DNA of 64,000 nt from NCBI GenBank assembly GCA_043228905.1, contig JBHGNT010000006.1:22630001-22694000 (forward strand). The letters are read 5' to 3'. The DNA comes from Azolla caroliniana. Lineage: Eukaryota > Plantae > Polypodiophyta. The position numbers were made by a program, and so were the translations under genes. Positions 22,801-34,886 of this stretch are shown here, piece after piece; position 1 is the stretch's first letter; each line of letters starts with the position of its first letter. The notes beneath the pieces are model-generated. The model was given only the letters and a program-made list of their open reading frames with translations. It searched no databases and was not told where the DNA came from.

Positions 22801-25035
22801 ACCAAATCCTTCATTATCTAAAACAAATGGTGGTACTTCACAAGCTAACATACAGTTATGATCGAATTTCTCTGCATATGTAAACTGATCACAATATTGA
22901 CAAACGTCATATATTCTTTCATTATGCTGTAGTTTAGGACCTAAATTAAATTTATCATATCTTCAACATAATTTTCTCTTCTCTATATCTTTATACATGT
23001 TTTTTCCTCTTTTCTTAGTTTGGGAAGGTATATTTGTGATTTGATGATTAATTGGAATTCTTGATGGTGCCTTGCTCAGCAGAGTAAAACTTTTGATACA
23101 TTTCACTTCTCGGAGCCTAATTCAGTAGAGTTTGACATGGCAATGGAATGGAAAATGCTTCAAAGAATGATTTGCAGTTGGTGGGATCAATTAAACAAGG
23201 TATGTAATATATCAACTTTTGAGATGCAAATTGTTATGATGTGTTTTCAACTTGTACCTGTACACCATTAGTGTCAAAAACTGTCTTTATGGTGTGAATG
23301 GAGTTAGATCCTCTTGGGGAACGTGTTGGATAGAGTAGAATGATAAAGGAAAATGGTAATCAGGAACTTTGTGTGTAAATTTCTGATCTATGAATTTGCA
23401 TAGTCTTTAGTGACAGTGGCATAATTTAATACATTCGTAAACATACAAAGTGTTAGGTCTTGAGGAGAAAACCTTAAAACCAATGTGTGTTTGTCGTGAT
23501 TACTTGATTGATGGCACCTCAAGCTGAGTGGTGCAAAGATGTTTATGAATAATACAAAATTATGGTCGTTTTTTTTAATAGATATCTAGATTGATGGTAC
23601 AATTCTACATTGTGAATGGAGGAAATTACTCAGGGGATGTGTTTGGATAATGTATAATGGCAAACGAAAAAAATAATCAGGGTCTTTTTGTGGGTGCTAT
23701 CAGATGTAATTTTCTGATGATTGAACTTGCAAAACCTTTAGCTGGCACAAGTCCACAAGAATATTCATATTCAATCATCTTTTCAAGTTCATTTGATTTG
23801 CATAAATTTTTGATGCGTAACCATGTGTCATTATATAATATTTGCTTTGATGTGCATTTAATTCAATCAACCAGAAGTATTGTTTCCTACACTTGCAGAT
23901 CAAATGTTGAACTTAATAGAGCACTATAAAACAAGATTAATGTTAGGGGTCAGATCATACAAAATTAAGATAAAAATAAGCTGAATTAATACGATCAAAA
24001 GGAAGAGCGTGAAGGCAAGTTCTCATTTGCAGAAGGTAGACAAGGTTGGAAGGATGTTAAAATGTGAGGATGATAATACTTGGGTCTATAACAGTGGTTT
24101 GGAGTAGCCATCCTACAACTGAGAGAAAAGGATCAAAAGTCCAAGAAGACAGTGTATGGCTGGAAATGCTAGAAGTTGGTCTTGAGCTGCAGTAGTTCAT
24201 CAATTATCTTGTTCTATTTGAGAGAGCATTATCAAAATTATAATAGAGATTCAGTGTAATTAATCTATTCAGTATAAGAAAGCATTCATTGGCAATTTAC
24301 ATACACATCCCATTTACTTTCTTTGTGCTGAAGAAATGGGTGGAGATTGCATTGTTGTACGCACTATTGGATTCACCTCTTGCTTGTGATTATAAAATAA
24401 TCTTATAATGCCATATTTGAAAACCATTCTGTATTCCTAGATTATGGTTCCTTTAAATGTATTATAGTCCGCTTCTGCCAATGCTTGAGAACAGCTACAT
24501 TATGAAGCACGAGCATGAAAGATTGAAGCTTTATAAAACACTTGAGCCAGATAACCTGTATGGGACAATGTCACTGTATTATATTTTAAGAGCTTGCTCA
24601 GCAACATGATTTACAACTATGTATAGGATGTGATGAGAGCAAGAGCATGAATTATTGAAGGTAGGCAGGATATGGACAATAGTATTATGCAATAAATAGT
24701 ACATCAAAACTTGGCTAGTGTGTTGAAGTTTCATGGAGCATATTCTCCTTTCTTCCCCTTGAAGAACTCTGTTTTTTGAAAGGAAATCTTCTTCACATCA
24801 TGTTCCCATCATTTCTCGATGTGTAAACCCTATAATAGTGCTTTAAGAAAAGTTTTATTTTTGGTATGCCATGTACAATCCCCCATTCCTCTAACTTATT
24901 TATGCTGCAAAAAAAGCTGATTATGGATGGAATGTATGTCATTTAAAAAAAATTCTATATGTTTTGCAGATTCAAGAGGAAGAAATAACTGCTTTGCAGA
25001 ACAAAGACAAGAAACCAAAGCTGATGATACCATGA
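10465..25035 (+). CDS. ASI1: ANTI-SILENCING 1 / IBM2 / SG1-like BAH + RRM protein, ~535 aa. Exons: 10465-10812, 11824-11995, 12103-12203, 12290-12709, 21698-21790, 22198-22276, 22438-22531, 22611-22725, 23080(or 23083)-23199, 24970-25035
   Basis: All introns are GT-AG with consistent phases; the spliced CDS is 1608 nt with no internal stop. N-terminus FTWGKAKG...FYCSFFFQGEEYKLYD...KIMKLWE...ELFLAFGLGKGVCNEN|..KCRVLCMSKDARNKQPSEE matches the ASI1 BAH domain. C-terminus KVVLLHNLDPSFTSADV...ALLVFETEDLAKSAVHELEENCLVL...RPLVAS...FPGH...SEPNSVEFDMAMEW matches the ASI1 RRM and conserved tail. Confidence 0.92.
11040..11490. repeat. Degenerate ~137-146 bp tandem repeat (3-4 copies) in ASI1 intron 1
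   Basis: GCTATTAGCTATA-like motif recurs at ~11053, ~11199, ~11337 and ~11473, with shared CATATTACAAA, CTAGGC and CATCTACT blocks. Confidence 0.6.
11824..11995 (+). CDS. ASI1: ASI1-like coding exon 2 (BAH C-part)
   Basis: TTCAG| DCIERKCRVLCMSKDARNKQPSEEDIRDSEYIYLKVYNVD... |GTATG. Confidence 0.9.
12103..12709 (+). CDS. ASI1: ASI1-like coding exons 3 (12103-12203) and 4 (12290-12709), low-complexity K/S/E-rich linker
   Basis: VLFNKPEW follows the BAH domain; splice phases fit; exon 4 is in frame with ORF 12326-12715. Confidence 0.8.
13780..15250 (-). mobile_element. Degenerate RTE-like LINE remnant in ASI1 intron 4, with triplicated RT core
   Basis: Minus-strand motifs DKVFDIVSR (RT domain 3), IGVKQGWPL (domain 4) and ILYADDIVLISDTPEGLQKH (domain 5). 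Confidence 0.8.
15300..17870 (-). mobile_element. Degenerate Gypsy remnant (protease, integrase) in ASI1 intron 4, probably continuing to ~19450 past the MITE
   Basis: AMVDHGSEVNIMS protease motif at ~17385-17425; HDKEWAGHGVWA..KIKQRHWWPG integrase zinc region; HNPNANGKIERG..IVKALAK..ALWADRTT integrase core. Confidence 0.85.
17874..18697. mobile_element. Non-autonomous hAT-type DNA transposon (MITE-like, 824 bp)
   Basis: Perfect 8-bp TSD GTGACCAC (17866-17873, 18698-18705). Imperfect TIRs CATGGTTGTTTACGTAC / GTACCTAACAACCTTG. Subterminal ACGTA repeats. Confidence 0.9.
19674..19948. mobile_element. hAT-type MITE (275 bp)
   Basis: Perfect 8-bp TSD AAGCATTA (19666-19673, 19949-19956). TIRs CATAGTACG / CATACTATG. 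Confidence 0.88.
20050..21330 (-). mobile_element. RTE-like LINE 3' portion in ASI1 intron 4
   Basis: Minus-strand translation across frameshifts gives KLSVNSSKIKIMLV...YNNEPLECVE...LVTPVLLYGVEV.GG...GWIQDIEKWF, typical of the LINE post-RT region. Confidence 0.75.
20390..20648. repeat. 130-bp tandem duplication within the LINE
   Basis: 20390-20519 is near-identical to 20520-20648. Confidence 0.9.
21698..23199 (+). CDS. ASI1: ASI1-like coding exons 5-9 (RRM and EFDMAMEW motif)
   Basis: Five phase-consistent exons give the ASI1-type RRM; exon 9 has a tandem CAGCAG acceptor. Confidence 0.9.
24970..25035 (+). CDS. ASI1: ASI1-like last coding exon (IQEEEITALQNKDKKPKLMIP*)
   Basis: TTTTGCAG acceptor; resembles the ASI1 Q..E+..L coiled tail. 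A possible 3'-UTR intron follows at 25044-25143. Confidence 0.75.
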   Translation: MQEEEITALQNKDKKPKLMIP

Positions 25036-28000
25036 TGTTTCAGGTGAAATTTCAATTTTAATTCACTGTTTCTATCTGTTCAAATAGTTGATTTGAGCCA
25101 TTAATTTGACGAACAAAATGAGACTTCTTTGTTTCTTGTTCAGCTGTTACCACATCTTCTAGAACTTTGAATGTCATGTTTAACTCTATATTATGGAATC
25201 ATGTTTTTTTCACTATATATGATACTTTTTTCATTTTAGAATGCGATCAATTCAAAATGGATAAAGAGTAGTCATATTTATGCTGCAAATGTGCTCTGTT
25301 TTGCAGATAATGACCATTCACTGCAAATTGATTAGAATGGATAATCTGTTCTTTCATCCAACAATGCCAGGTTTTCTATTTACGCTGGTCAGTTTATACC
25401 ATTCTATGGGGTCAAAACTGCGGTGTTTATGTTTTACATTTTAGCCCATATGGATTCCAGGTTCATTTTCAAAGTCTTGGAGATCAAATGTTAGCAACTT
25501 GCTTTGAAAACTTCATGATGGAGACAAATACAAAAGGATCACAAAATCTTTCCCCAAGCCTTTGATAGATGTGTAGTGTAGTAGGCATGGGTTTTTTACG
25601 TTTGTTGTAAGTGTAATGATAAATGGCCTCAAAGTAGATATTCTATTTGATGTATCCGAAACACGAGACCTACGGGTCTCTTTGAGAAAGTCTCTAGCGT
25701 GCAAACCCTAGAGTTGTATTATTGTTAGATTTTTTCCTCATTTCTCCATCTCAGTTTTGTAATGTCTATAGGGAATCTTTCTCCCATTCTTGACAGTAAT
25801 GTGTGACATATTCTTAGTGGAAACTATACACAATAATTCAAGGCTATGATTTGTGATAAATAAGCATTGGACGTACGCGTAATATTAAGCAATGAGTAAA
25901 TTTAAACAAAAGTGATGTATTTGTTATTGTTTGTCAAATGTGGAAAAAGCTTGAAAGTTATAAAATGCCTTCAAAATGGAGCACAAATTTTAAATTCCAT
26001 GTATGTTTGAATGGTTGACTCAAAGATTGGTCTTAGTACCTATTTTGGAATTGGGGAGATCTAAATAATTGATGATTTTAGTTCACGTGTTTGTATAGGC
26101 TTTAAGTCACACTTTACATGAGAAGGCTTTTTTGAAATTCTGCCCTATAAATGAGCAGCATATGCGCCTTTTACAAGCAATGTTATCATATTAAATGTTT
26201 TGTTGTGCCAATGTGTGTGAAAGGAGAAGAACATGGAAGTTATGGTATCATCGTTATGACTAAAGCAAACAAAATGAAGTCACTTAGAAAATCATATGCT
26301 GGTTTTTGTGAGGAAATTCTGAATAAAACTCACGATGAATAAATTCAAAATATATTATACTCGTTGGGTGGTGGTAATGTTGGTCAAGTCTTAAGGTGTA
26401 CAATATTCATTTAAGGGAGGAAGAAGAATAGGGGAATGTGGTGTTTCTTCTAAGGCAATTGAGACTCTCCCAAAGAAGTCATCGATTGATATAAAAAGAA
26501 GAGTAGAAACTTTCTTTAGGATGATAGAGATTGTGTAATGAATGGACTAGGTGCATCATGTAACACAATAATGCATAATAATGATGTTGACCAATGGGGT
26601 GGCAACACAACTAAGAGACTAGAATTTAGTGGGTGGAGCATAAAGGAAGAATATGAAATTTGATTTGGATGGTAGAGAATCGAGGTATGTGATGTATGGA
26701 CTTGTATTCGAGGTTACACATGTGGATGTATCATGCTCACTAATTGAATCCTGAATTAAGTTAAAAAGAGGTGCAAGGAAATCTCTTTGGGCTCATTGAG
26801 ATAACAAGGATTATTGATGTTGACCTATGATGTAGCATGAGAACTCGAGGTTGGAATTGAATGAGGGTGGATATAGCAAGAAAAAGGTATTGAAAATTTC
26901 TTTGGGCTCGTGTATATGATGTATCGTTATGGTGAGTCATGTTGATGAATTGATGGTTGATGTTAATTGATGGTCACGACTACATATTTTACTAGTAAAA
27001 GTTGAAACTAATGGCGGGGGGAATCTTGTCATCTTGTTACTTTGTTGTTACAATGAGAGACAAGACATAACAAAGAGATGAATTGTGGATCCCTGTAAGA
27101 AAGATCCATCTTTGACTCTTGACTCTTGACTTTTGACTATTCATAGTAATGGTTGGTTCATGGGAGGGCACTACTAATACGCTTGGGAGCCTTTGGGATG
27201 AATGATTGTGGATGTTCAAATGTTAAAGTCAACACAACTTTTTCCCTTTAACATGAGCATGATTGAGAGAGACCAAAAAGAAGAATAGGAAACTCCCCCT
27301 CACCAATAAAAACAAGAGCACGTGGGCGGTTGGTAAATGGATTTAAATTTTTTTTTTTTTGTAGAATTTATTTCCTAATTTAATTTAATTATGCACATCC
27401 ATTGCATCTCAATCCTCATTCGACTGTGTAGGGGCTCAAAACGGCGTTGTACGGCTAATAACAAATTGGTACATGGAATCTCTTCTAAGATTCCATATCC
27501 CCATTGGTGCTTTCTCTTTCACTTTTCCATGAATAATTGGACCCCCCCCCCCAAAAGAAAGAAAAAATAAAACATAACAAAAGGGAAAGGAGATCTTTTG
27601 GTTTCACACTTGGTCAATTCATTTGTTCAATTCAACATTTTTCTTCTTCTTTTAGGCGTACAATGTGAATGCAAGATTTTGTTTTCCTCTTTCCTTTACC
27701 CTTAGGGAACGTGATTGAGTTGTTATATTGAAGTTAAAAAAACACATAAAAAACTTCCCTAGTAAACCGTGAAAACCTCACAAAGTAGAAAATCTATTGT
27801 TCCATTCTCAAAAGAAGGATTGCAAGTTGCTTATTGAACACCAAAGTCTACCATGCAATGTAAATATACATATTGTAATTAAACATGTTTCGTTGACCTT
27901 TATGATTCGGATGAATTCCCCTAGTGAAGTTGAAAGAAAGGACGAAATTGTGTCTCTTAGCTTATGTAATGTTAGCACCCACACAATGTGACCTCATTTT

Positions 28001-31000
28001 TCAAGAATTTTTGGTGTTTGCTATTTGAATAATTTTTTCTAGGTTTTGCTCAATTGGTGTACAATCGTCTCTTTGATTACCAAAACTTCCCATCTATGAG
28101 TTTCGCAACCCAAATTCTTCACACAAATCTAGTTAAACAATGTTACTTCCCTCTCACTTGAGATCTTGCATTGTATAAGTGCTTTGCTTGCTCTCGTATT
28201 TTAGTGATATCCATTTCAACAATTACTTTGGTAACTTGTAGCTCCTTAGAAGCTCAAATAACTAAGATGTTGGATTTAATCAATTATCAATAATTTTGAT
28301 ATTAAATTTGGTCGGATATAGAATGCATAAATGAGCCACTTGTTCAATAGTCTTTTGCTTACGTGGCCAAGATACGTTGGGTTCATAACATGTTTGGCTA
28401 GGGATGTTTTCAATGCATGAATGAAAAAGTTGCTAAAGATTGCATTGCTTACATGGGATGGGGGACACTATGTAAGGTTTAGAATTAGAAATGTGAGGTG
28501 GACAAGAAAGAGTCAAAAGCCTAATTGTTGCATAATTCGAGATGTGCATTGTGTCAAAACACTGTGTCGGATGCGATTTTATAATGGGAACCATGTGCAT
28601 TGTGGTTAGCCAAGCAATTAGATGCACAATACCTTAGTCAAGCTTTTCAATAACCAAATGTCTAGGTATTAGGGTTGATTGTTTTCTATGAATAATATTC
28701 ATCTATCAATGTAAAATGACCTTTAAGATTTGGTTGGTTTTGATACAATAGTGGATTTGAATGTTGAAGAACTTTTGAATAATTCTATTTATCATTTGAA
28801 GGTAAGAAATTGAGTTAGAATGCTTCAAAAGGTTTTCAAAAAGTTTTAACTTGGCCCCATGGTGGGGCTGAATATCAGTAATTTTTAACTTGCTACACAC
28901 AAAAACACCTTTTCTTATCATTATCTATATGTGAATGGAATTATCGTGACATGTTCAAAAAAGTACTAATTGAATTATCTAAATTAAGGCAATTTTGTTG
29001 TTGTAAATGATTATACCCTAATGTATGTGATTTTATGATGATGTGTTAGGGCTTTTGTCATATGTGATTTACCCAAGATAAGTTTAGATTACTATTCCGT
29101 AACGTGTGGGCAAGGCAAAGTGGAAATGGTGAGTGGTGCCAAGGCTTTCGAGAGTAAAATTCTGGAAATATCCAATGGAAGTAATGCTAATGCTAAATTT
29201 TTTAATGACGTATTCACATATTCAATACAAAATACATTCATTTTAATCACTAGAAACTTACATCTAAGAGATTATTGTTAGTAGACTTGAAGTGTAGTTG
29301 ATATAGAAGCATATATACAAGGTCAACCCCTTATTACTTTCTTTCATTTCTTTAAGTCCTCGAGACAAACTCTTTATGATTGTCTCCAATTTGTAGGCAT
29401 CCATGTACAAATATTTCAACTCTTTTTTTTCTATATCCTTCATTTTTTGTGTGTTTTAACCTGAAATTGGTAATATATGTAGTGACAAAACAAAATGCGC
29501 CCCAAGTTTTACGTTTATTATTTGCTTTCTTTGCATCAAATGGCGTATATTACTTATCATACACGTTGTAAGAAATCTTGGGTATTGCATTATTAAAGAA
29601 TTTGCAACGGAAATTGAAAAAAGAACATGAAACCTACTTTTCGTGGGGTTGTAATCATGCCCCTTCATTACACTATAAATGGAAAAACCTCAAGTTACGG
29701 ATAGATGCTATACAATGCAATGAAATGATGAAAATTTAAATGAAGGGGACAAATCCTCTACGATGCAACGAAATGATGAAAATTTAAATGAAGGGAAGCA
29801 AAGCTGTGGAAACCATTGCCTAAGGGAGGTGAGGGAGTAATAGAAAGATCGACAAGCAAATTGATAAATGATATGAATCATTGCATATTAGAGAAGAAGA
29901 GAGATATGCAAATGCTAATAAATGTTTGTAATGAGTACATGGATATGCAAACAATCCCAACAAGAACACAAATTGCCCTTTTGGCAAATGAGGTAAAGTC
30001 TTGAACACACTTAATTAATAGCTGGTAGGTAGCACACTAATTGGCTATTTGGGGTGTTCCAATAGATTTTACTAGACATATGTACTAGGTAAGGCATTTC
30101 AAATTTTTTGACAACATGTCTTAGTCTAACAATAGCTTAAGAAATATATAATTTGTTTTGTTTTACATTTAACGATATGGCTTTGAATTGTTCATACTTA
30201 ACTACATCCTACTGAGCTTAGGCTTTGGTTGGCACAAAGATTTAGAATGTTTATGGTTCAGTAACAAGGAATTCTCTAAGAGTACTATGTTATAATGAAT
30301 GTCATATTGAAAGAAATGTACTATTACTGAAATTATGTTATTGAACGAATAGTTCATTAGAAATCAAAGTTACACCATTGTAATATTTGGAAAACTACTT
30401 AGCATAGATAGATAATGTGCACATGATAGCAATGGATCGAGCATATAGTCATGGCCTTCTCATGGCATTACCATATGACTAGGCTGCAAATTCTATATAT
30501 TTCTGATCCATGTTTAATTAGATCCTTATGTTGCATCTTGAATGCATATATTAGTAAGCAAGTGCATACATTGTTGGGATTGAGGATTGATGATGATTAC
30601 ATTCCACATTTTAAAGAAACCTAGGCTTGATGATGATTACATTCCACATTGAGGATTGAGGATTAATGAAATTGATCTCTAGTAAAGTTGTTTGTGAACA
30701 AATCCTAGGGTTCCTCTTACAATGTTACCCAAATGTAAGTTTAATTTACCCCATTTGTAAGTGAGCTCAACCTAGATTATAATTCATAAACATTGCCTTT
30801 TAATGGGCAATATTAATGTTTTCATCCCTTGTATTTGTGGACAATGTGATTTTTTTCAATTGAGAGAATGATTCAGGTGAGTTACCTTCATGATTCAAGT
30901 TGCACAAAATTATCTCCTCAATCTTGTTGCTCTGATGTGGCATGTATGAGAGGGAAAAGCATGGAAATATCAACTTTTGCAATTGCTTGGGATTTTGATT

Positions 31001-32370
31001 AAAATAATATCTAGATGAAAAAGTAAAAGAAAAAACTAGTCAAATAAGATAAACATATAGCACAAATAGTAAGCCATAGCCATTGGAACAAATGGATCAT
31101 GGTTTCATTGAAAAATATGAGCTACAATGCATAAGTGATGGCAACGAAGCATGTGGCATATTTGAATATATTGACTTAACATATTTTGTTGAAACTAGGC
31201 GCCCATGCAATGATAAGGACAAGTGCATGTTCAGGAGGGTGTGGGGGAGGTCTATGAAGACCAACACTCGTTTACTCGTGTCTCTGTACTTCATGTAGAA
31301 GGGCCAAGAGATCACGTAATTTGAGGTTGTTTTGCCGAAACTTGATTATAAACATGTAGGATTTATAATTGCAATTCTCCTTGTAATCTATTCACTAAAT
31401 GTATTTGTATATAGAAGTTATAATTCACAAGTGATTTTTGCTTGGGGTGGGGGGAGGTGTATGGATGCCAAATTTTCTTGTGAAGCCACTAACAAGTTGA
31501 TTACATAGGCTTGACTCGAAAGACATTCTTGGCATGACTCTCTCCATGTGCAAACTTTTGTTTTTCCATGGAACTTGTGGAGACATACTTTTGCATAGGT
31601 CAAGCTCAGCATTGACAACAACTCAACATGAAATAATTGCTTAGTGAGCATCTCCATGAGAGTACATGTTTCTAACCTTGTGAAACCTGCGAAGGACGAG
31701 CTTAATTTCAGTGAAAGTGTGTTTGATTGTGGTTTAAGATGCTAGAACACACATAATTGCTGAATACAAACACAAAAGTTTACATACAAGAGTGCATACC
31801 TACATTAAGAAAAACGCACACAACACCCATACATTATCACATAAGTTTGAATGTGCACTCATATGCAAATATTTAACATACAAATTGAAAGATATTACAA
31901 ATATACATATTGCAGGAAGGGGTGTTCAAACATTCAAACTCAAGTATATTACAAATACTCATATTACACATATAGATTCACATAGACAACATATTATCAC
32001 TCACATATGATGTACATTGATGCACTCCTATGATTTGAGAAGGGAAAAACACCAAGAGCATGATCGTGTGCCAATATACCGTTGTGTGTGCGAAGGGAGA
32101 AAAGTGGCAACATGTTTAGTTTACAATGGGTTAAGGCACCTTGATAAGGAAAAATAGATTGAGAAATATAAACTATAAAGAATAATGTATGATGATGAAG
32201 CCAACGATAGATATGAATTTACATTTTGGCTAGCAACATGTGCCCAAGGGTAAGGAGAAGTGAATGCTAAAAGAAAGGCAATGGTGCAAGCTAAAAGGGG
32301 CACCGCTATTTTTATTCGACATATGATCTCCAAAATGCTATAAAATGAGGAAAGAAAGCTCAAAGGCGAT

Positions 32371-32742
32371 GTGACTATCTTTCGTAAACTCTCTATATTG
32401 AAACTCCAGAAGATTCGTCAAATAGTTTCTTTATTGGATTTGAATTCACATTACAGATTTAGGAGAAATCAGAGTCTCAATAGAACCAGCAACATCCGTA
32501 CCTATGACGATAATTATCCGAAGACTTTTTTCTATATCTATGATTTCCAGTTGAGCCAAATAAAAAATCTAGTTGAATTGGTTTCCAAATTAAATAGGAT
32601 TAAAACATACTTCATTGGTTCACACATTATCTGAGTAATCTCTTTATATCCAACGCTCGAGAGTCTCATGTTGTCGGTATTGGCCATAATTCGCAAGAAC
32701 ATTTCGTGGTCCTTGTGAGAGGCAGAAGGGTCAAAGAATCCA
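32371..32742 (+). pseudogene. rps12: Plastid-derived fragment (NUPT): rps12 piece at 32676-32742, preceded by a possible ycf2-like piece
   Basis: GIGHNSQEHFVVLVRGRRVKE matches the S12 motif [21 protein letters not shown]. The upstream ...HYLSNLFISNARE only loosely recalls ycf2. Confidence 0.7.
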
Positions 32743-32771
32743 TCATATATATATATATATATATATAAATA

Positions 32772-33163
32772 AAATAATAATAATAAACTTAAAAAATTAA
32801 ACGTTTATGCTAGCTAACTAATTAGATGAAGGGCGAGCCACAAGAGCCTCCAAGTAAACATATTTCCCATTTCCCTCCCTACAAATGACTTGGCCAGGGG
32901 TAATTTTTTGCTCCCAAAATACCCCTCATTTACCAATAAAGTAATTACATATAAAAGTAATTACATACATACATACATATATATATATAAAATAATAATA
33001 ATAAACTTAAAAAATTAAACGTTTATGCTAGCTAACTAATTAGATGAAGGGCGAACCACAAGAGCCTCCAAGTAAACATATTTCCCATTTCCCTCCCTAC
33101 AAATGACTTGGCCGGGGGTAATTTTTTGCTCCCAAAATACCCCTCATTTACCAATAAAGTAAT

Positions 33164-33195
<32 letters not shown>

Positions 33196-33378
33196 TATAA
33201 TAATAATAATAAACTTAAAAAATTAAACGTTTATGCTAGCTAACTAATTAGATGAAGGGCGAGCCACAAGAGCCTCCAAGTAAACATATTTCCCATTTCC
33301 CTCCCTACAAATGACTTGGCTGGGGGTAATTTTTTGCTCCCAAAATACCCCTCATTTACCAATAAAGTAATTACATAT
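32772..33378. repeat. Three near-identical ~180-bp tandem units separated by (TA)n/(TACA)n spacers
   Basis: Units start at ~32772, ~32991 and ~33199 and differ by only a few substitutions. Each carries a GGGGTAATTTT..AAAATACCCC inverted repeat. Confidence 0.95.
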
Positions 33379-34503
33379 AAGAAAATCTATTTTCTACTTC
33401 TCCATAAACGTAAATTATAACTACTACACGCGCGTGCACACACACACTCCTACACAAATCTACACATATGTATGCATGCACACATCCATACATACTCGGG
33501 CACAATAACACAAGTACATTCACACTGGCACTTGCACACACATTTTCATAAGATCAACTACAAACCCTTGCACATACAATACAACATGCACTCAGACTGT
33601 TAGTCAATACATACAAAGTTATAAGCACAAACACATTTGCTCATACATGTCATTGCAACTATACAACCATAAAAGAGATAACCACACATGCACAGGAAAC
33701 ATGACTGCATATATATCAATTGTGCATGCACTACCTAACTATTACATAAAGACACACATGTCCACATATCCACATGCATATTTTACTAAGATTTGATCAT
33801 GTGCTATAACAACTATCATCTTCTGCAATCCTTTATCAATGATGCCATGTTCCTTTGTTCAGGACCTTGGTGGTCCCCTTCAACATTAAAATTGCAACAC
33901 TGCTCGACTCCCACACATGTCCCCATATCCACATCGAGATTTTACTACACATACATAGGCTTAGTTCACCATAATTTTCACACGTACAAAGAAAAAGCCT
34001 ACAAGTGCATCGTCACAAGTAAAAAAAGGAAGATTTGATCGTGTGCTACAACAATTGTCATCTTTTGCAATCTTCCATCAACGATGTTGTCTTCCTTGGT
34101 TTTGGACCTCAATGGTCCAACTGAAACGTTAATTTTGTGACACCTCATTGGCAACGTCACTAAACCCATCTTCCCTAGTTTAGGACCCCAATGGTTCAAC
34201 TTGCATCTTTCACATCCTTCTCATAGATTCTTGTGATAACATTCAAGCTTTTCACTGTTACTAGAGCTGCTCTAGTCGACCTTTGCTGTGATAAACAATG
34301 ATTTATTGTAGGCACTTCTTTCAAAATTTGCTTTAACAATACAATGAGTGCTTGTCGTGCATCAAAAATAAAATCAAGCATACATTTTAAGTTAAAATTT
34401 TAGGGGTCTACTATGTATTTTTATGTAAATTTTTGTGTTATCGTTGTTACTCAATATAACCTCATGGCACTATCTGAAAGGTTTTCTCTATATCTAGTGA
34501 CAT

Positions 34504-34505
<2 letters not shown>

Positions 34506-34576
<71 letters not shown>
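34506..34576. repeat. (AC)n microsatellite
   Basis: Direct inspection. Confidence 0.95.
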
Positions 34577-34580
<4 letters not shown>

Positions 34581-34886
34581 ATATAATTTGTGACTTTATT
34601 TTTCATCTTCCTTTTCCACATGGATAAGTTTGATAAAATAAAACAATATGGTCTCATTTATTAGCTTTTTTCTTTACTATCTTACATGATGAACATCAAC
34701 CTAATGAAGGCTCCAACTTTCTAATTTGTTGATGGTACCTAACCATTCATATTCTATAAAGATTATGGAATTTCTTGTACATATATGCTTCTTGAGACCT
34801 TGTGCGGTTTTATAGAAGAATTATTTTAAAACACCTAAATGGTGCATGGTGCTATTACAATATTTTGCTAAGCATACTAGTCCAAG

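Noticed and set aside
25044-25143. 3'-UTR intron as an NMD trigger for the ASI1-like mRNA
   Set aside because: The junction would be only 8 nt past the stop codon, well under the ~50-nt rule.
29700-29800. ~48-bp tandem duplication (similar small ones at ~30580-30665 and ~61270-61350)
   Set aside because: Ordinary slippage-type duplications with no evidence of function.
26000-32300. Short ORFs possibly from decayed DNA transposons or a host gene
   Set aside because: No coherent exon chain or diagnostic transposase motif could be supported.
32772-33378. CRISPR-like array
   Set aside because: Repeats are ~180 bp, spacers are microsatellites, the context is eukaryotic and there are no cas genes.
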